Positions 13,480-24,838 of a DNA stretch of 64,000 nucleotides are shown piece by piece. The first letter of the stretch is position 1; each line of letters begins with the position of its first letter. Both the position numbers and the translations under genes were made by a program. A model generated the notes under the pieces. The model saw only the letters and a program-made list of their open reading frames with translations, was not told where the DNA came from and did no database searches. This DNA comes from Ranitomeya imitator (taxonomy: Eukaryota), in NCBI RefSeq assembly GCF_032444005.1, contig NC_091286.1, positions 469,960,001 through 470,024,000 of the forward strand, read 5' to 3'.

Positions 13480-16197
13480 GTTTCACAGCAGCAGAAGAAA
13501 CATGGAAGGAAAAAATTAACATTTTAATTTTTAGTCACAAAAATGTTTTTTCAGCAATAATTTTTTTAATTTCCCAAGGGTAAAAAGAGAAAGTGGACCA
13601 CAAGAGTTGTTGTCCAATTTGTCCTGAATACGCTGATACCCCACATGTGAGGGGGAACCACTTTTTGGGCGCATGGCAGGGCTTAGAAGGAAAGGAGCGC
13701 CGTTTGACATTTTCAAGCTAAAATTGGCTGGAATTGAGATCGGACGCCATGTCGCGTTTGGAGAGCCCCTGATGTGCCTAAACAGTGGAAACCCCCCACA
13801 AGTGACCCCATTTTGGAAACTAGACCCCCTAAGGAACTTATCTAGTTGTGTCGTGAGCACTTTTATCCCCAAAGTGCTTCACGAATGTTTATAACGCCCG
13901 GGCGTGAAAATAAAAAATCCTATTTTTTCCACAAACATGATGGTTTAGTCCCCAATTTTTTATTTTCTCAAAGGTAAAAGGAGAAATTGGACCCCAAAAG
14001 TTGTTGTCCAATTTGTCCTGAGTACGCTGATACCCAATATGTGGGGGGAACCAATGTTTGGGCGCATGGCAGGGCTCAGAAGGAAAGGAGCGCCGTTTGA
14101 CATTTTCAAGCTAAAATTGGCTGGAATTGAGATCGGACGCCATGTCGCGTTTGGACAGCCCCTGATGTGCCTAAACAGTGGAAACCCCCCACAAGTGACC
14201 CCATTTTGGAAACTAGACCCCCTAAGGAACTTATCTAGTTGTGTCATGAGCACTTTTATCCCCCAAGTGCTTCACGAATGTTTATAACGCCCGGGCGTGA
14301 AAATAAAAAATCCTATTTTTTCCACAAACATGGTGGTTTAGTCCCCAATTTTTTATTTTCTCAAAGGTAAAAGGAGAAATTGGACCCCAAAAGTTGTTGT
14401 CCAATTTGTCCTGAGTACGCTGATACCCAATATGTGGGGGGAACCAATGTTTGGGCGCATGGCAGGGCTCAGAAGGAAAGGAGCGCCGTTTGACATTTTC
14501 AAGCTAAAATTGGCTGGAATTGAGATCGGACGCCATGTCGCGTTTGGACAGCCCCTGATGTGCCTAAACAGTGGAAACCCCCCACAAGTGACCCCATTTT
14601 GGAAACTAGACCCCCTAAGGAACTTATCTAGGTGTGTGGTGAGCACTTTTATCCCCAAGTGCTTCACGAAAGTTTATAACACCCGGGCGTGAAAATAAAA
14701 AATCCTATTTTTTCCACAAACATGATGGTTTAGTCCCCAATTTTTTATTTTCTCAAACGTAAAAGGAGAAATTGGACCCCAAAAGTTGTTGTCCAATTTG
14801 TCCTGAGTACGCTGATACCCCATATGTGGGGGGGAACCACTGTTTGGGCGCATGGCAGGGCTCAGAAGGAAAGGAGCGCCGTTTGACATTTTCAAGCTAA
14901 AATTGGCTGGAATTGAGATCGGACGCCATGTCGCGTTTGGACAGCCCCTGATGTGCCTAAACAGTGGAAACCCCCCACAAGTGACCCCATTTTGGAAACT
15001 AGACCCCCTAAGGAACTTATCTAGGTGTGTGGTGAGCACTTTTATCCCCCAAGTGCTTCACAAAAGTTTATAACGCCTGGGCGTGAAAATAAAAAATCCT
15101 ATTTTTTCCACAAACATGATGGTTTAGTCCCCAATTTTTTATTTTCTCAAAGTTAAAAGGAGAAATTGGACCCCAAAAGTTGTTGTCCAATTTGTCCTGA
15201 GTACGCTGATACCCCATATGTGGGGGGGAACCACTGTTTGGGCGCATGGCAGGGCTCAGAAGGAAAGGAGCGCCGTTTGATCTCAATTCCAGCCAATTTT
15301 AGCTTGAAAATGTCAGACGCCATGTCGCGTTTGGACAGCCCCTGATGTGCCTAAACAGTGGAAACCCTCCACAAGTGACCCCATTTTGGAAACTAGACCC
15401 CCTAAGGAACTTATGTAGGTGTGTGGTGAGCACTTTTATCCCCCAAGTGCTTCACTAAAGTCTATGATGCCCGGTGTGAGAATCAAAACATCTATTTTTT
15501 CCCCCACAAAAATGATCTTTCAGCCCCCAATTTTTTATTTTCCCAAGGGTAACAGGAGAAATTGGACCTCAAAAGTTGTTGTCGAATTTGTCCTGAGTAC
15601 GCTGGTACCCCATATGTGGGAGAAAACTACTGTTTGGGCACACTTTGGGGCTCGGAAGGGAAGTAGTGACGTTTTGGAATGCAGACTTTGATGGAATTGT
15701 CTGCCGGCATCATGTGCCATTTGGTGAGCCCCTGATGTGCCTAAACAGTGGAAACTCCCCACAAGTGACCCCATTTTGGAAACTTGACCCCCTAAGGAAC
15801 TTATCTAGGTGTGTCGTGAGAATTTTGAACCTCCAAGTGCTTCACTAAAGTCTATGATGCCCGGCGTGAAAATAAAAAATTCTATTTTCCCCCACAAAAA
15901 TGATCTTTCAGCCCCCAATTTTTTATTTTCCCAAGGGTAAGAGGAGAAATTGGACCCCAAAAGTTGTTGTCCAATTTGTTCTGAGTACGCTGGTACCCCA
16001 TATGTGGGAAAAAACTGTTTGGGCACTTCGGGACTCAGAAGGGAAGCAGTGACGATTTGGAATGCAGACTTTGATGGACTAGTTCTGAGGGCGTCATGTT
16101 CCGTTTGCAGAGCCCCTGATGTGCCTAAACAGTAAAAAACCCCACAAGTGACATCATTTTGGAACCTAGACCCCCAAGGAACTTACTTAGATGTGCC
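13480..16197. repeat. Tandem array of about 393 bp, about 7 copies, inside the piggyBac 3' region
   Basis: GTGCTTCAC..AATAAAAAATCC recurs at about 13874, 14267, 14659, 15054, 15447 and 15838. It explains the repeated pseudo-ORFs. Confidence 0.9.
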
Positions 16198-16214
16198 CCC
16201 TCTTTGGAACTAAT

Positions 16215-17984
16215 CTACTGGTTCCTGTTAAGTAAATTAGTAGTGCATGGAGGTGTGGTACAATCCTTCATACAGTCCTTCATACACAGGCCAGGTTTGT
16301 CGGGGCAGGTGTCGCATTGATAGATGGTGTCCTTGCGTACTCCTCTTTTGTAGCACACTCGGCACCTTTTTTGCGGCTTACTTTTTCTATCAGTTGGCGG
16401 GACCACCCCCGGAAAATACTGACCTGGTATGATACGAGCACCCTCAGTTCCGGAAGTACTGGGGCCTGCTCCTTCCCTCGTGCCAAATATCAGGGCCTTA
16501 ACCACTACCTCCTGGAACTGAAGGTACGACGTATCAGTGTGTCGTGCACATCGTGACAGCAGGAAAGCATTGAGCATTGCCATTTGTACGATGTACACGG
16601 ACAGCTTTTTGTACCACACCTTGGCCTTCCTCAAAGCACTGTACGGTTGGAGGAGTTGATAGGAGAGATCAACGCCCCCCATGTTTTTGTTGTACCCCAG
16701 TACACAGTCCGGTTTGCAGACCTGTGTTGAGGTATCCCGTACACTGCTGAGGGCACTGCCATCACCGTGTATGGTGGTCAAGAGAAGGACATCCCTCTTG
16801 TCCTTGTACTTGATCACCAGCAGGTGGTCGCTACATTGGGCTTTGCTCTCACCTTTTCTGAGCATCTGCCCAAGTAGCGTCTTCGGGAGGCCTCTCTGAT
16901 TTTTGCGGACAGTACCGCAGGCTGCGATACCTCGCGCAGAGAGGGATTTGTAGAGTGGGATGCTGGAATAAAAGTTATCGGTGTAGAGGTGATAACCTTT
17001 ATCCAGCAGTGGGTGCACCAAATCCCACACAATTTTCCCACTCACTCCCAGGATGGAAGGACACTCAGGCGGTTCAGTCCTGCTGTCCTTCCCTTCGTAC
17101 ACTCTAAAGCTGTAGGTGTACCCTGAGGTACTCTCACACAGCTTGTAGAGTTTGATTCCGTACCTGGCCCTTTTGCTGGGCAATTATTGACGGAATCTGA
17201 GCCGCCCCTTAAAATGAACCAAGGACTCATCCACACAGATGTCCCTTTTGGGCACGTACACTTCAGCAAACTTTTTGTTGAAGTGTTCGATGACCGGCCG
17301 AACTTTGTACAGACGGTCAAAATTGGGGTCATCTCGTGCGGGACACCGTGCATTATCGTTGTAATGCAAAAACTTATTGATGGCCTCAAAACGCGTCCGA
17401 ACCATGACCATTCGGAACACTGGAGTGTTATATAAAATATCTACACTCCAATATTGCCGAATTTCTGGCTTCTTCACGATCCCCATATGGAGGACCAGGC
17501 CCCAAAACTGCATCATTTCAACTGCGTCCACAGGAGACCAGTTAGAAAATGATGAACGGGGGTTTTGCTCCAAAAATTGCCGAGCATACAAATTAGTTTG
17601 CTCCACCATGAGGTTAACGAAAGCCTCAGAGAAAAAGACTTTGAAAAAGTCTATTTCTGTGAGGCAGGTGGTGTCAAACTTGATTCCTGATTCTGCCACA
17701 AAATCAGGAATCAGTGGCTTGTAATTTTCGGGGGGCGAGGTCCATATGGGGTCCGAAGAGGGTCGCGCTGGTTCATTTTCAGGAGTGGGCGCTGCCTGAT
17801 CTTCTCTCCTGGGGCGTCTGCGTGGCGGTTCCGCAGGACCCGAGGAGGAAGATGATGAGGAGGAAGAGGATGAAGAATCTGAAGAGTAAAGGAATGTGGG
17901 ATCCTCTCCCTCGCTATCAGTGTCGGAGGCAAGGAAAGCATATGCCTCCTCCAATGAATAGCGCTGCTGGGACGAACGGGACAT
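16215..17984 (-). pseudogene. piggyBac transposase (PGBD4-like), 589 codons, with an in-frame TAA at 17184-17186 and a terminal frameshift
   Basis: Two abutting in-frame ORFs (266 aa + 322 aa). Catalytic motifs CVDES, YTDNFY and GGVDL, and a C-terminal CRVC..CDTC..C..C domain. Confidence 0.92.
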
Positions 17985-18199
17985 TTTTTGTGTGATTATG
18001 GTGCTTGGGTGTAATATTTATTGATAACTGTGTACGTGTGTGGGGGGGATAGTGTTTGGTGCAAACTATTCTGAAAGGAAAAAGCTAAAGGGAAAAAAAA
18101 TACCTGTAAAAGGAAAAGTCTAAAACAGCAGGCTCTAGCTCTGATAAGTGAACTGCGTCACTTATCAAAGTTCGGCGGCTGCTGGGTGTGTGAACGGGG

Positions 18200-19245
18200 A
18201 TGTGTAAAAAAAAAAAAAGAAATGAAAGACACGGGTTCAGACGCAGCGGCGGGGTGCGTGGACGGGGATGTGGAAAAAAAAAAAGAAATGAAAGGCACGG
18301 GTTCAGACACAGCGGCGGGGTGCGTGGACGGGGATGTGGGAAAAAAAAAAATGAAAGGCACGGGTTCAGACGCAGCGGCGGGGTGCGTGGACGGGGATGT
18401 GGGAAAAAAAAAAAGAAATGAAAGGCATGGGTTCAGACGCAGCGGCGGGGTGCGTGGAAGGGGATGTGGGAAAAAAAAAAAATGAAAGGCACGGGTTCAG
18501 ACGCAGCGGCGAGGTGCATGGACGGGGATGTGGGAAAAAAAAAAAATGAAAGGCACAGGTTCAGACGCAGCGGCGGGGTGCATGGACGGGGATGTGGGAA
18601 AAAAAAAAAATGAACGGCACGGGTTCAGACGCAGCGGCGGGGTGCGTGGACGGGGATGTGGGAAAAAAAAAATGAAAGGCACGGGTTCAGATGCAGCGGT
18701 GGGGTGCGTGGACGGGGATGTGGGAAAAAAAAAATGAAAGGCACGGGTTCAGACGCAGCGGCGGGGTGCGTGGACGGGGATGTGGGAAAAAAAAAAAAAT
18801 GAAAGGCACGGGTTCAGACGCAGCGGCGGGGTGCGTGGACGGGGATGTGGGAAAAAAAAAAATGAAAGGCACGGGTTCAGACGCAGCGGCGGGGTGCGTG
18901 GACGGGGATGTGGGAAAAAAAAAAAAATGAAAGGCACGGGTTCAGACGCAGCAGCGGGGTGCGTGGACGGGGATGTGGGAAAAAAAAAAAGAAATGAAAC
19001 GCACGGGTTCAGACGCAGCGGCGGGGTGCGTGTACGGGGATGTGGAAAAAAAAAAAAAAATGAAAGGCACAGGTTCAGACGCAATGGCGGGGTGCGTGGA
19101 CGGGGATGTGGAAAAAAAAAAATGAAAGGCATGGGTTCAGACGCAGCGGCGGGGTGCGTGGACGGGGATGTGGGAAAAAAAAAAAGAAATGAAAGGCACG
19201 GGTTCAGACGCAGCGGCGGGGTGTGTGGACGGGGATGTGGGAAAG
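18200..19245. repeat. Minisatellite of about 63 bp, 16 copies, upstream of the transposase
   Basis: Unit A(9-13)TGAAAGGCACGGGTTCAGACGCAGCGGCGGGGTGCGTGGACGGGGATGTGGG; 16 GGTTCAGA cores counted. Confidence 0.92.
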
Positions 19246-20623
19246 AAAAGTGAGCACGAGTGTTGATCGGTGAACTGCGTCACCAATCAACGCTCGGCGG
19301 CGCTAAGGGGGTGAAAAAGAAAAGCGAGCATGAGTGTTGATCGGTGAACTGCGTCACCAATCAACGCTCGGCGGCTGCTAAATTTGGGCACGGACGGACG
19401 CAGCGCAAAGTGGGGGTGGAGGGGGAAGGGGAAGGGGGGGGGGAAGGGTAAGGGGGGGATGAAGTAAGATCGGGCCGGGATCGGGGATGAACACTTACGG
19501 TTGTAGTCTCTCTTCTTTCTTCTGTCTTCTTTCTTCTGTCTTCTTTCTTTAGCAAGAATTGTGGTGTCACAGGCTACTGTGGCACCACAAGTCTCAGCAC
19601 AGGAGGGGATCTGTCAGCGTGACCGCTCTTCAGGAATCCTCACCAAGTGTGAGGATTCCTGAAGAGCAGTCAGACAGGTCAGGGACAGGTGAGACAGGTC
19701 ACAGAGCGGTCACACCGCTGCTGTGACCTGTCATTGGTGGGATCGAATGATCACATCGATCCCACCAATCAGAGGTGGCCCTGGTGACGCCGGTGTCGCT
19801 AGGTACCAGCCTATGATCGGAGCTCACAGCTCCGATCATAGGCAGGTCACCGGCAGGTCACCAGCAAGTGACCGGCAGGTCACCGGCAGGTCACCATCAG
19901 GGCACAGCGCGGGCACACCGCTGCTGTGCCCTGATTGGCAGAGCTGCAGGAGGTGGTGGGGGAGGTGGCAGGCAGATGAGGCAGGCACATGGATTTCAAA
20001 AGCAGGGCACAGCGCGGTAACACCGCCGCTGTGCTCTGCGATCGGCGCGATCGATGTGATCGTCGATCGCGCCGATCCAGCGGGTCTGTTCCTGATTGGC
20101 GCGATCGACGATCACATCGATCGCGCCAATCACAGCTGCAGGATCCGGAGCCGCAGGGCAGCTGAGGAAGGCTCCGGATCAGGCAGGGCACAGCGCGGTA
20201 ACACCGCCGCTATGCCCTGCGATTGGCGCGATCGATGTGATCGTCGATCGCGCCAATCCGGGGGGTTTTGGCCGGTGCCTGGGTTGCCAGGCACCGGCCC
20301 CAGGATCGAGTACATCGGTACTCGATCCTAGCCTGGGACCTCACTGTTTCAGCCAAGCTGATTGGCTGAAACAATGAGAAAGGCTGTGATTGGCTGTTCA
20401 GAATTGAACAGCCAATCACAGCGATCGGGAGGCGGGGGAGGGGACGCCATACCCCAGGATGCCGAGGCCATCTTCCCTGAGGTAAGATGGCATCGGAATT
20501 TTAATGCGATCACCGCGACTTAAGTCGCAGTGTCGCATTAAAGTGCATGACGTACTATCCCGTCCCTGGTCATGGGGGCCCACCCCACCTCGACGGGATA
20601 GTACGTCTGATGTCAGAAAGGGG

Positions 20624-21546
20624 TTAATGGGGATAAATGTAAGGTCATGCACTTGGGTAGAAGTAATAAGATGTATAATTAAGTGCTTAATTCTAAATCT
20701 CTGGGCAAAACCGTCAATGAAAAAGACCTGGGTGTATGGGTGGATGACAAACTCATATTCAGTGGCCAGTGTCAGGCAGCTGCTACAAAGGCAAATAAAA
20801 TAATGGGATGCATTAAAAGAGGCATAGATGCTCATGAGGAGAACATAATTTTACCTCTATACAAGTCACTAGTTCGACCACACTTAGAATACTGTGCACA
20901 GTTCTGGTCTCCGGTGTATAAGAAAGACATAGCTGAACTAGAGCGGGTGCAGAGAAGAGCGACCAAGGTTATTAGAGGACTGGGGGGTCTGCAATACCAA
21001 GATAGGTTATTGCACTTGGGGCTATTTAGTTTGGAAAAACAAAGGCTAAGGGGTGATCTTATTTTAATGTATAAATACATGAGGGGACAGTACAAAGACC
21101 TTTCTGATGATCTTTTTAATCATAGACCTGAGACAGGGACAAGGGGGCATCCTCTGCGTTTGGAGCAAAAAAGGTTTAAGCATAATAAGACGCGGATTCT
21201 TTACTGTAAGAGCAGTGAGACTATGGAACTCTCTGCCGTATGATGTTGTAATGAGTGATTCATTACTTAAATTTAAGAGGGGACTGGATACCTTTCTGGA
21301 AAAGTATAATGTTTCAGGGTACATATACTAGATTCCTTGTTAGGGCGTTGATCCAGGGAACTAGTCTGATTGCCGTATGTGGAGTCGGGAAGGAATTTTT
21401 TCCCCAATGTGGAGCTTACTCTTTGCCACATGGTTTTTTTTTGCCTTCCTCTAGATCAACATGTTAGGGCATGTTAGGTTAGGCTATGGGTTGAACTAGA
21501 TGGACTTAAAGTCTTCTTTCAACCTTAATAACTATGTTACTATGTT
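20624..21546 (+). mobile_element. CR1 LINE 3' end (RT C-terminus and 3' UTR)
   Basis: ORF with [40 protein letters not shown]; ends in CTATGTTA repeats. Confidence 0.92.
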
Positions 21547-21729
21547 TCTATACTTCATACATGCTGTCAAGTGCAGACTAGACATGCACTGCTTTACTCA
21601 ATCCAATTGAGCTGAATGAGGCTGAACAAATCTAGTTGGAATGAGGCTGAAAGTATGCAAACTGCATACTTGTGATTGTCCATTTCCAGCACCATCTCTT
21701 CTGTTAAACTTAAAAACAGTTGCAGGAAT

Positions 21730-21997
21730 CGTTTGCAGTGATTGCCTCAAAAGGTTGTGCAGCAAAATATTAAGTTAAGGGTACCATCTCTTCTGCCCAG
21801 GCCTATTTCATGAGTTTTATTTTTTTTTTTTTAAATTCTGTGGAAGCATGGTTGAAAAGCAATATCTTAATTTCATTTGATCATTTTCATAGTTCTTTTT
21901 ATTTATTATTACTTTTGTCAGATTCAAGTTTTTCCTGTGACCATTGTGGGTTTTTCCGTCTTTAAACGAGGGGTACCAACAATTTTGACCACGTGTG
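21730..21997 (+). mobile_element. Tc1 3' end with right TIR
   Basis: AVIASKGCAAKY* coding end, then ...GTACCAACAATTTTGACCACGTGTG|TA. Confidence 0.65.
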
Positions 21998-22837
21998 TAT
22001 ATTTGTTATTCTATATAATTGGAGAAACACTTTACATTTGAAATGTTGCTAGCCTCACACAGTTATTCTAGTACCTGTGCTCGTTATCTCTCAAAACAAC
22101 CTAAACTCAGCCCTGCACAATAATAAAGAAGAATTATGCAGAGCAATAAACATGTAAAAAATGAATCATGGTTATTGTAGTCTCCTAAAATGTGACAATA
22201 TTCTTCAATCTGTTTTTCACAAACCAGCAATTCCAAGGAGACTAAATGTTCTTTCTAATTTTCAAAAAAATAAGACATTTCTTTTTTGTTAACTATTGAT
22301 ACATACAATAGCTTAAATTTCAAAAAAATGGTCTTGTAGAAATGCCAATTTTAAGCTGATGTGACAGCAGAAGTGAAATTGTTCTAGTTTGAAGCGGAAA
22401 CTGATTAAAAGGATTTCCCATATTGTATAAAAAGTAAACATATGGATGATTATAACAATAGATGTTGTGCTATAAAAATATCTTGAAATACTTACAGACA
22501 TCATGAAACAGGATGGGAATGATATTTGACATTTTCTGTATATACTTTAATGAGGTGGACATATTTGGAGAACATTAAATATAAAATAAAGTGTAATCAT
22601 TTTAGTTTTACCATTAGATAAGGTGTCTTCTTGTTGCTGACAGTTGTGTGAAGTGTTGACCTCCAAGGTATTTCAGATATGACAATGACATTCTTTTCTG
22701 CTTAGCTTTTTTCTCATTGGCAAAAACAATGGGGTAATGTTATTCTAAGGCTTATTCCAATAGTACTTTTGTGCAAGAGGCTGACATTGTGAGTTCCCTT
22801 CTGTTGTCCAGCATTTTAAATGCCACAGTTACTATTA

Positions 22838-23537
22838 AGGTACCATCACATTAAGCTGCAGCGTCGCTGTTTAGTCGTGTGGTCGCTGGAGAGCTGTCAC
22901 ACAGACAGCTCTCCAGCAACCAACGATGCCGAAGTCCCCTGGTAACCAGGGTAAACATCGGGTTACTAAGTGCAGGGCCGCGCTTAGTAACCCGATGTTT
23001 ACCCTGGTTACCATTGTAAATGTAAAAAAAACAAACACTACATACTTACATTCCGGTGTCTGTCCCCTGGCCTCAGCTTCCCTGCACTGTGTAAGCGCCG
23101 GCCGGCCGTAAAGCAGAGCGGTCACGTCACCGCTGTGCTTTACAGCCGGCCGGCGCTCACAGTCAGTGCAGGAAGCTGACGGCAAGGAGACAGACACCGG
23201 AATGTAAGTATGTAGTGTTTTTTTTTTTTTATATTTACAATGGTAACCAGGGTAAACATCGGGTTACTAAGCGCGGCCCTGCACTTAGTAACCCAATGTT
23301 TACCCTGGTTACCAGTGAAGACATCGCTGAATCGGCATCACACACGCCGATTCAGCGATGTCTGCGGGAGATCCAGCGACGAAATAAAGTTCTGGCCTTT
23401 CTGCTCCGACCAACGATGTCACAGCAGGATCCTGATCGCTGCTGCGTGTCAAACACAACGATATCGCTAGCCAGGACGCTGCAACGTCACGGATCGCTAT
23501 CGTTATCGTTGTTCAGTCGCTCAGTGTGAAGGTACCT
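22838..23537. mobile_element. Harbinger-type MITE with internal palindromes
   Basis: AGGTACC...GGTACCT ends with a TTA TSD; two copies of a palindrome of about 72 bp (GGTAACCAGGGTAAACATCGGGTTACTAAG...CTTAGTAACCCGATGTTTACCCTGGTTACC). Confidence 0.85.
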
Positions 23538-24014
23538 TTAATTGTAACATGTAGAGTTCTCTTCCAAATTATCTATATGATTAGTCATGACGGAAGCACA
23601 GCTGGGTTCCCATTGCCATCTTCGTGGTACACTGGCAGGACCCAAAAGAACAGTTTGCCAGTTATATCAGTCATTCAGCAAGATCAGGTAACTGCCAGAA
23701 ACTCATATGATTTGCTAAGGGGTTAAAAGGGGTTTTCCTCTAACTTATACATTGGTTGATAAATAGAAACTACACAATACATGAAATCTATTATGCACTG
23801 TACATTTATGTTTTGATTTGCCCATGAGTGCGTGCCTCCTGACCACCAAATACACACACGTTTTGTTCATCTATGTTGCTAAGGTCTAAGTTAACCCCCA
23901 GATATTGGCGGGACGACTTGGGGCAGGTATATCAATGCAGCTACATCAGTTTTATGGAATAAAAATCTTCCACACTTCGGCACCCAACATAATTTGTGAC
24001 TTTTGTAATCATTA

Positions 24015-24201
24015 TGGCGCAGTCAGATGGCTGTATAAATCGGACAGCCACGCAAGGACTGGCCGGCGGCTCTCCTGACCCCAGTTTGACAGCTGCATAG
24101 AAATACATGAACCTGTCATGCTCAGGTCAGGAGAGCCGCCAGCCAGTCCAGGCATTGCAGTTAGATCTTGGTCTGATTTATACAGTCGTCTGACTGTGCC
24201 T
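24015..24201. mobile_element. Harbinger-type palindromic MITE
   Basis: GGCGCAGTCAGATGGCTGTATAAATC / GATTTATACAGTCGTCTGACTGTGCC, TTA flanks. Confidence 0.7.
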
Positions 24202-24423
24202 TTACTCTCAGCATTTTTTATAGTATGTAGATGGGGCTCAGCTGCAGGGCTTAGACCACATACGGCTCAACAAACTTACTATAACTTAAGGCAGAAAATG
24301 GCATAAATGTTAGTTCTAACTTTTATACGCCTGAGGTTGATGTATTGTTAAATTCTGGAGGCACAAGTCCACGAATTAATCTGCTTACTTTATAAGCATC
24401 TCAATTAATAAGACACATCTTAA

Positions 24424-24838
24424 AGGGAATATGTCATCAGGATTTTGCTACCTCATCTGAGGAAGCATAATGTAGGAAAAGAGACCCTGATTTCAGTGAT
24501 TTATCACTTAGATTACTGGGTGCAGCAGTTGTGACACAATCAAGTTCATAGAAGTAAGATGATGAAGAGCTGAGAAAGTGTTTCCCGTCTACACCAGGCT
24601 CTGTATACACATTGTCTGTTGACAGTGAGCTGCTTATCACAGGAGGGGGCGGAGTCTGACTAGGTCACATGGGCTGCTGTAGCTTCTGTATTCCCAGCAA
24701 TGATAATATCCTGGTGATAAAACCTTCTATATAAGTAAAAAAGCACACCTTCTGATAAATGTTTGCTGAATTCTGTATTTCAATACATTTATCATGATGC
24801 TCTCAGATTACATAGCAAATACCTATTGCTAGATTCCA
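24424..24838. mobile_element. T2/Kolobok-like MITE, same family as 34593 and 38654
   Basis: TTAA|AGGGAATATGTCATCAGG start; internal similarity to the other two copies. Confidence 0.7.

Larger units (their letters stand above)
12910..20623 (-). mobile_element. Full-length piggyBac transposon, 7714 bp
   Basis: TTAA TSD at 12906-12909 and 20624-20627, CCCCTTT...AAAGGGG ends, internal transposase, and flanks that rejoin a CR1 reading frame. Confidence 0.92.

Noticed and set aside
13531-16135. Repeated 70-120 aa ORFs on both strands
   Set aside because: Products of the 393-bp tandem array, with variable stops and frames between units and no protein family recognised.
18158-19253. K/G/R-rich ORFs and a possible CRISPR-like array
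   Set aside because: A minisatellite with no unique spacers, in a eukaryotic context with no cas genes.
19723-20331. 202-aa ORF in the piggyBac 5' region
   Set aside because: GC-rich palindromic repeats depleted of stop codons; no homology recognised.
23585-23687. Possible exon ending CAG|GTAACT
   Set aside because: Weak acceptor, unrecognised peptides in the open frames, no supporting neighbour.
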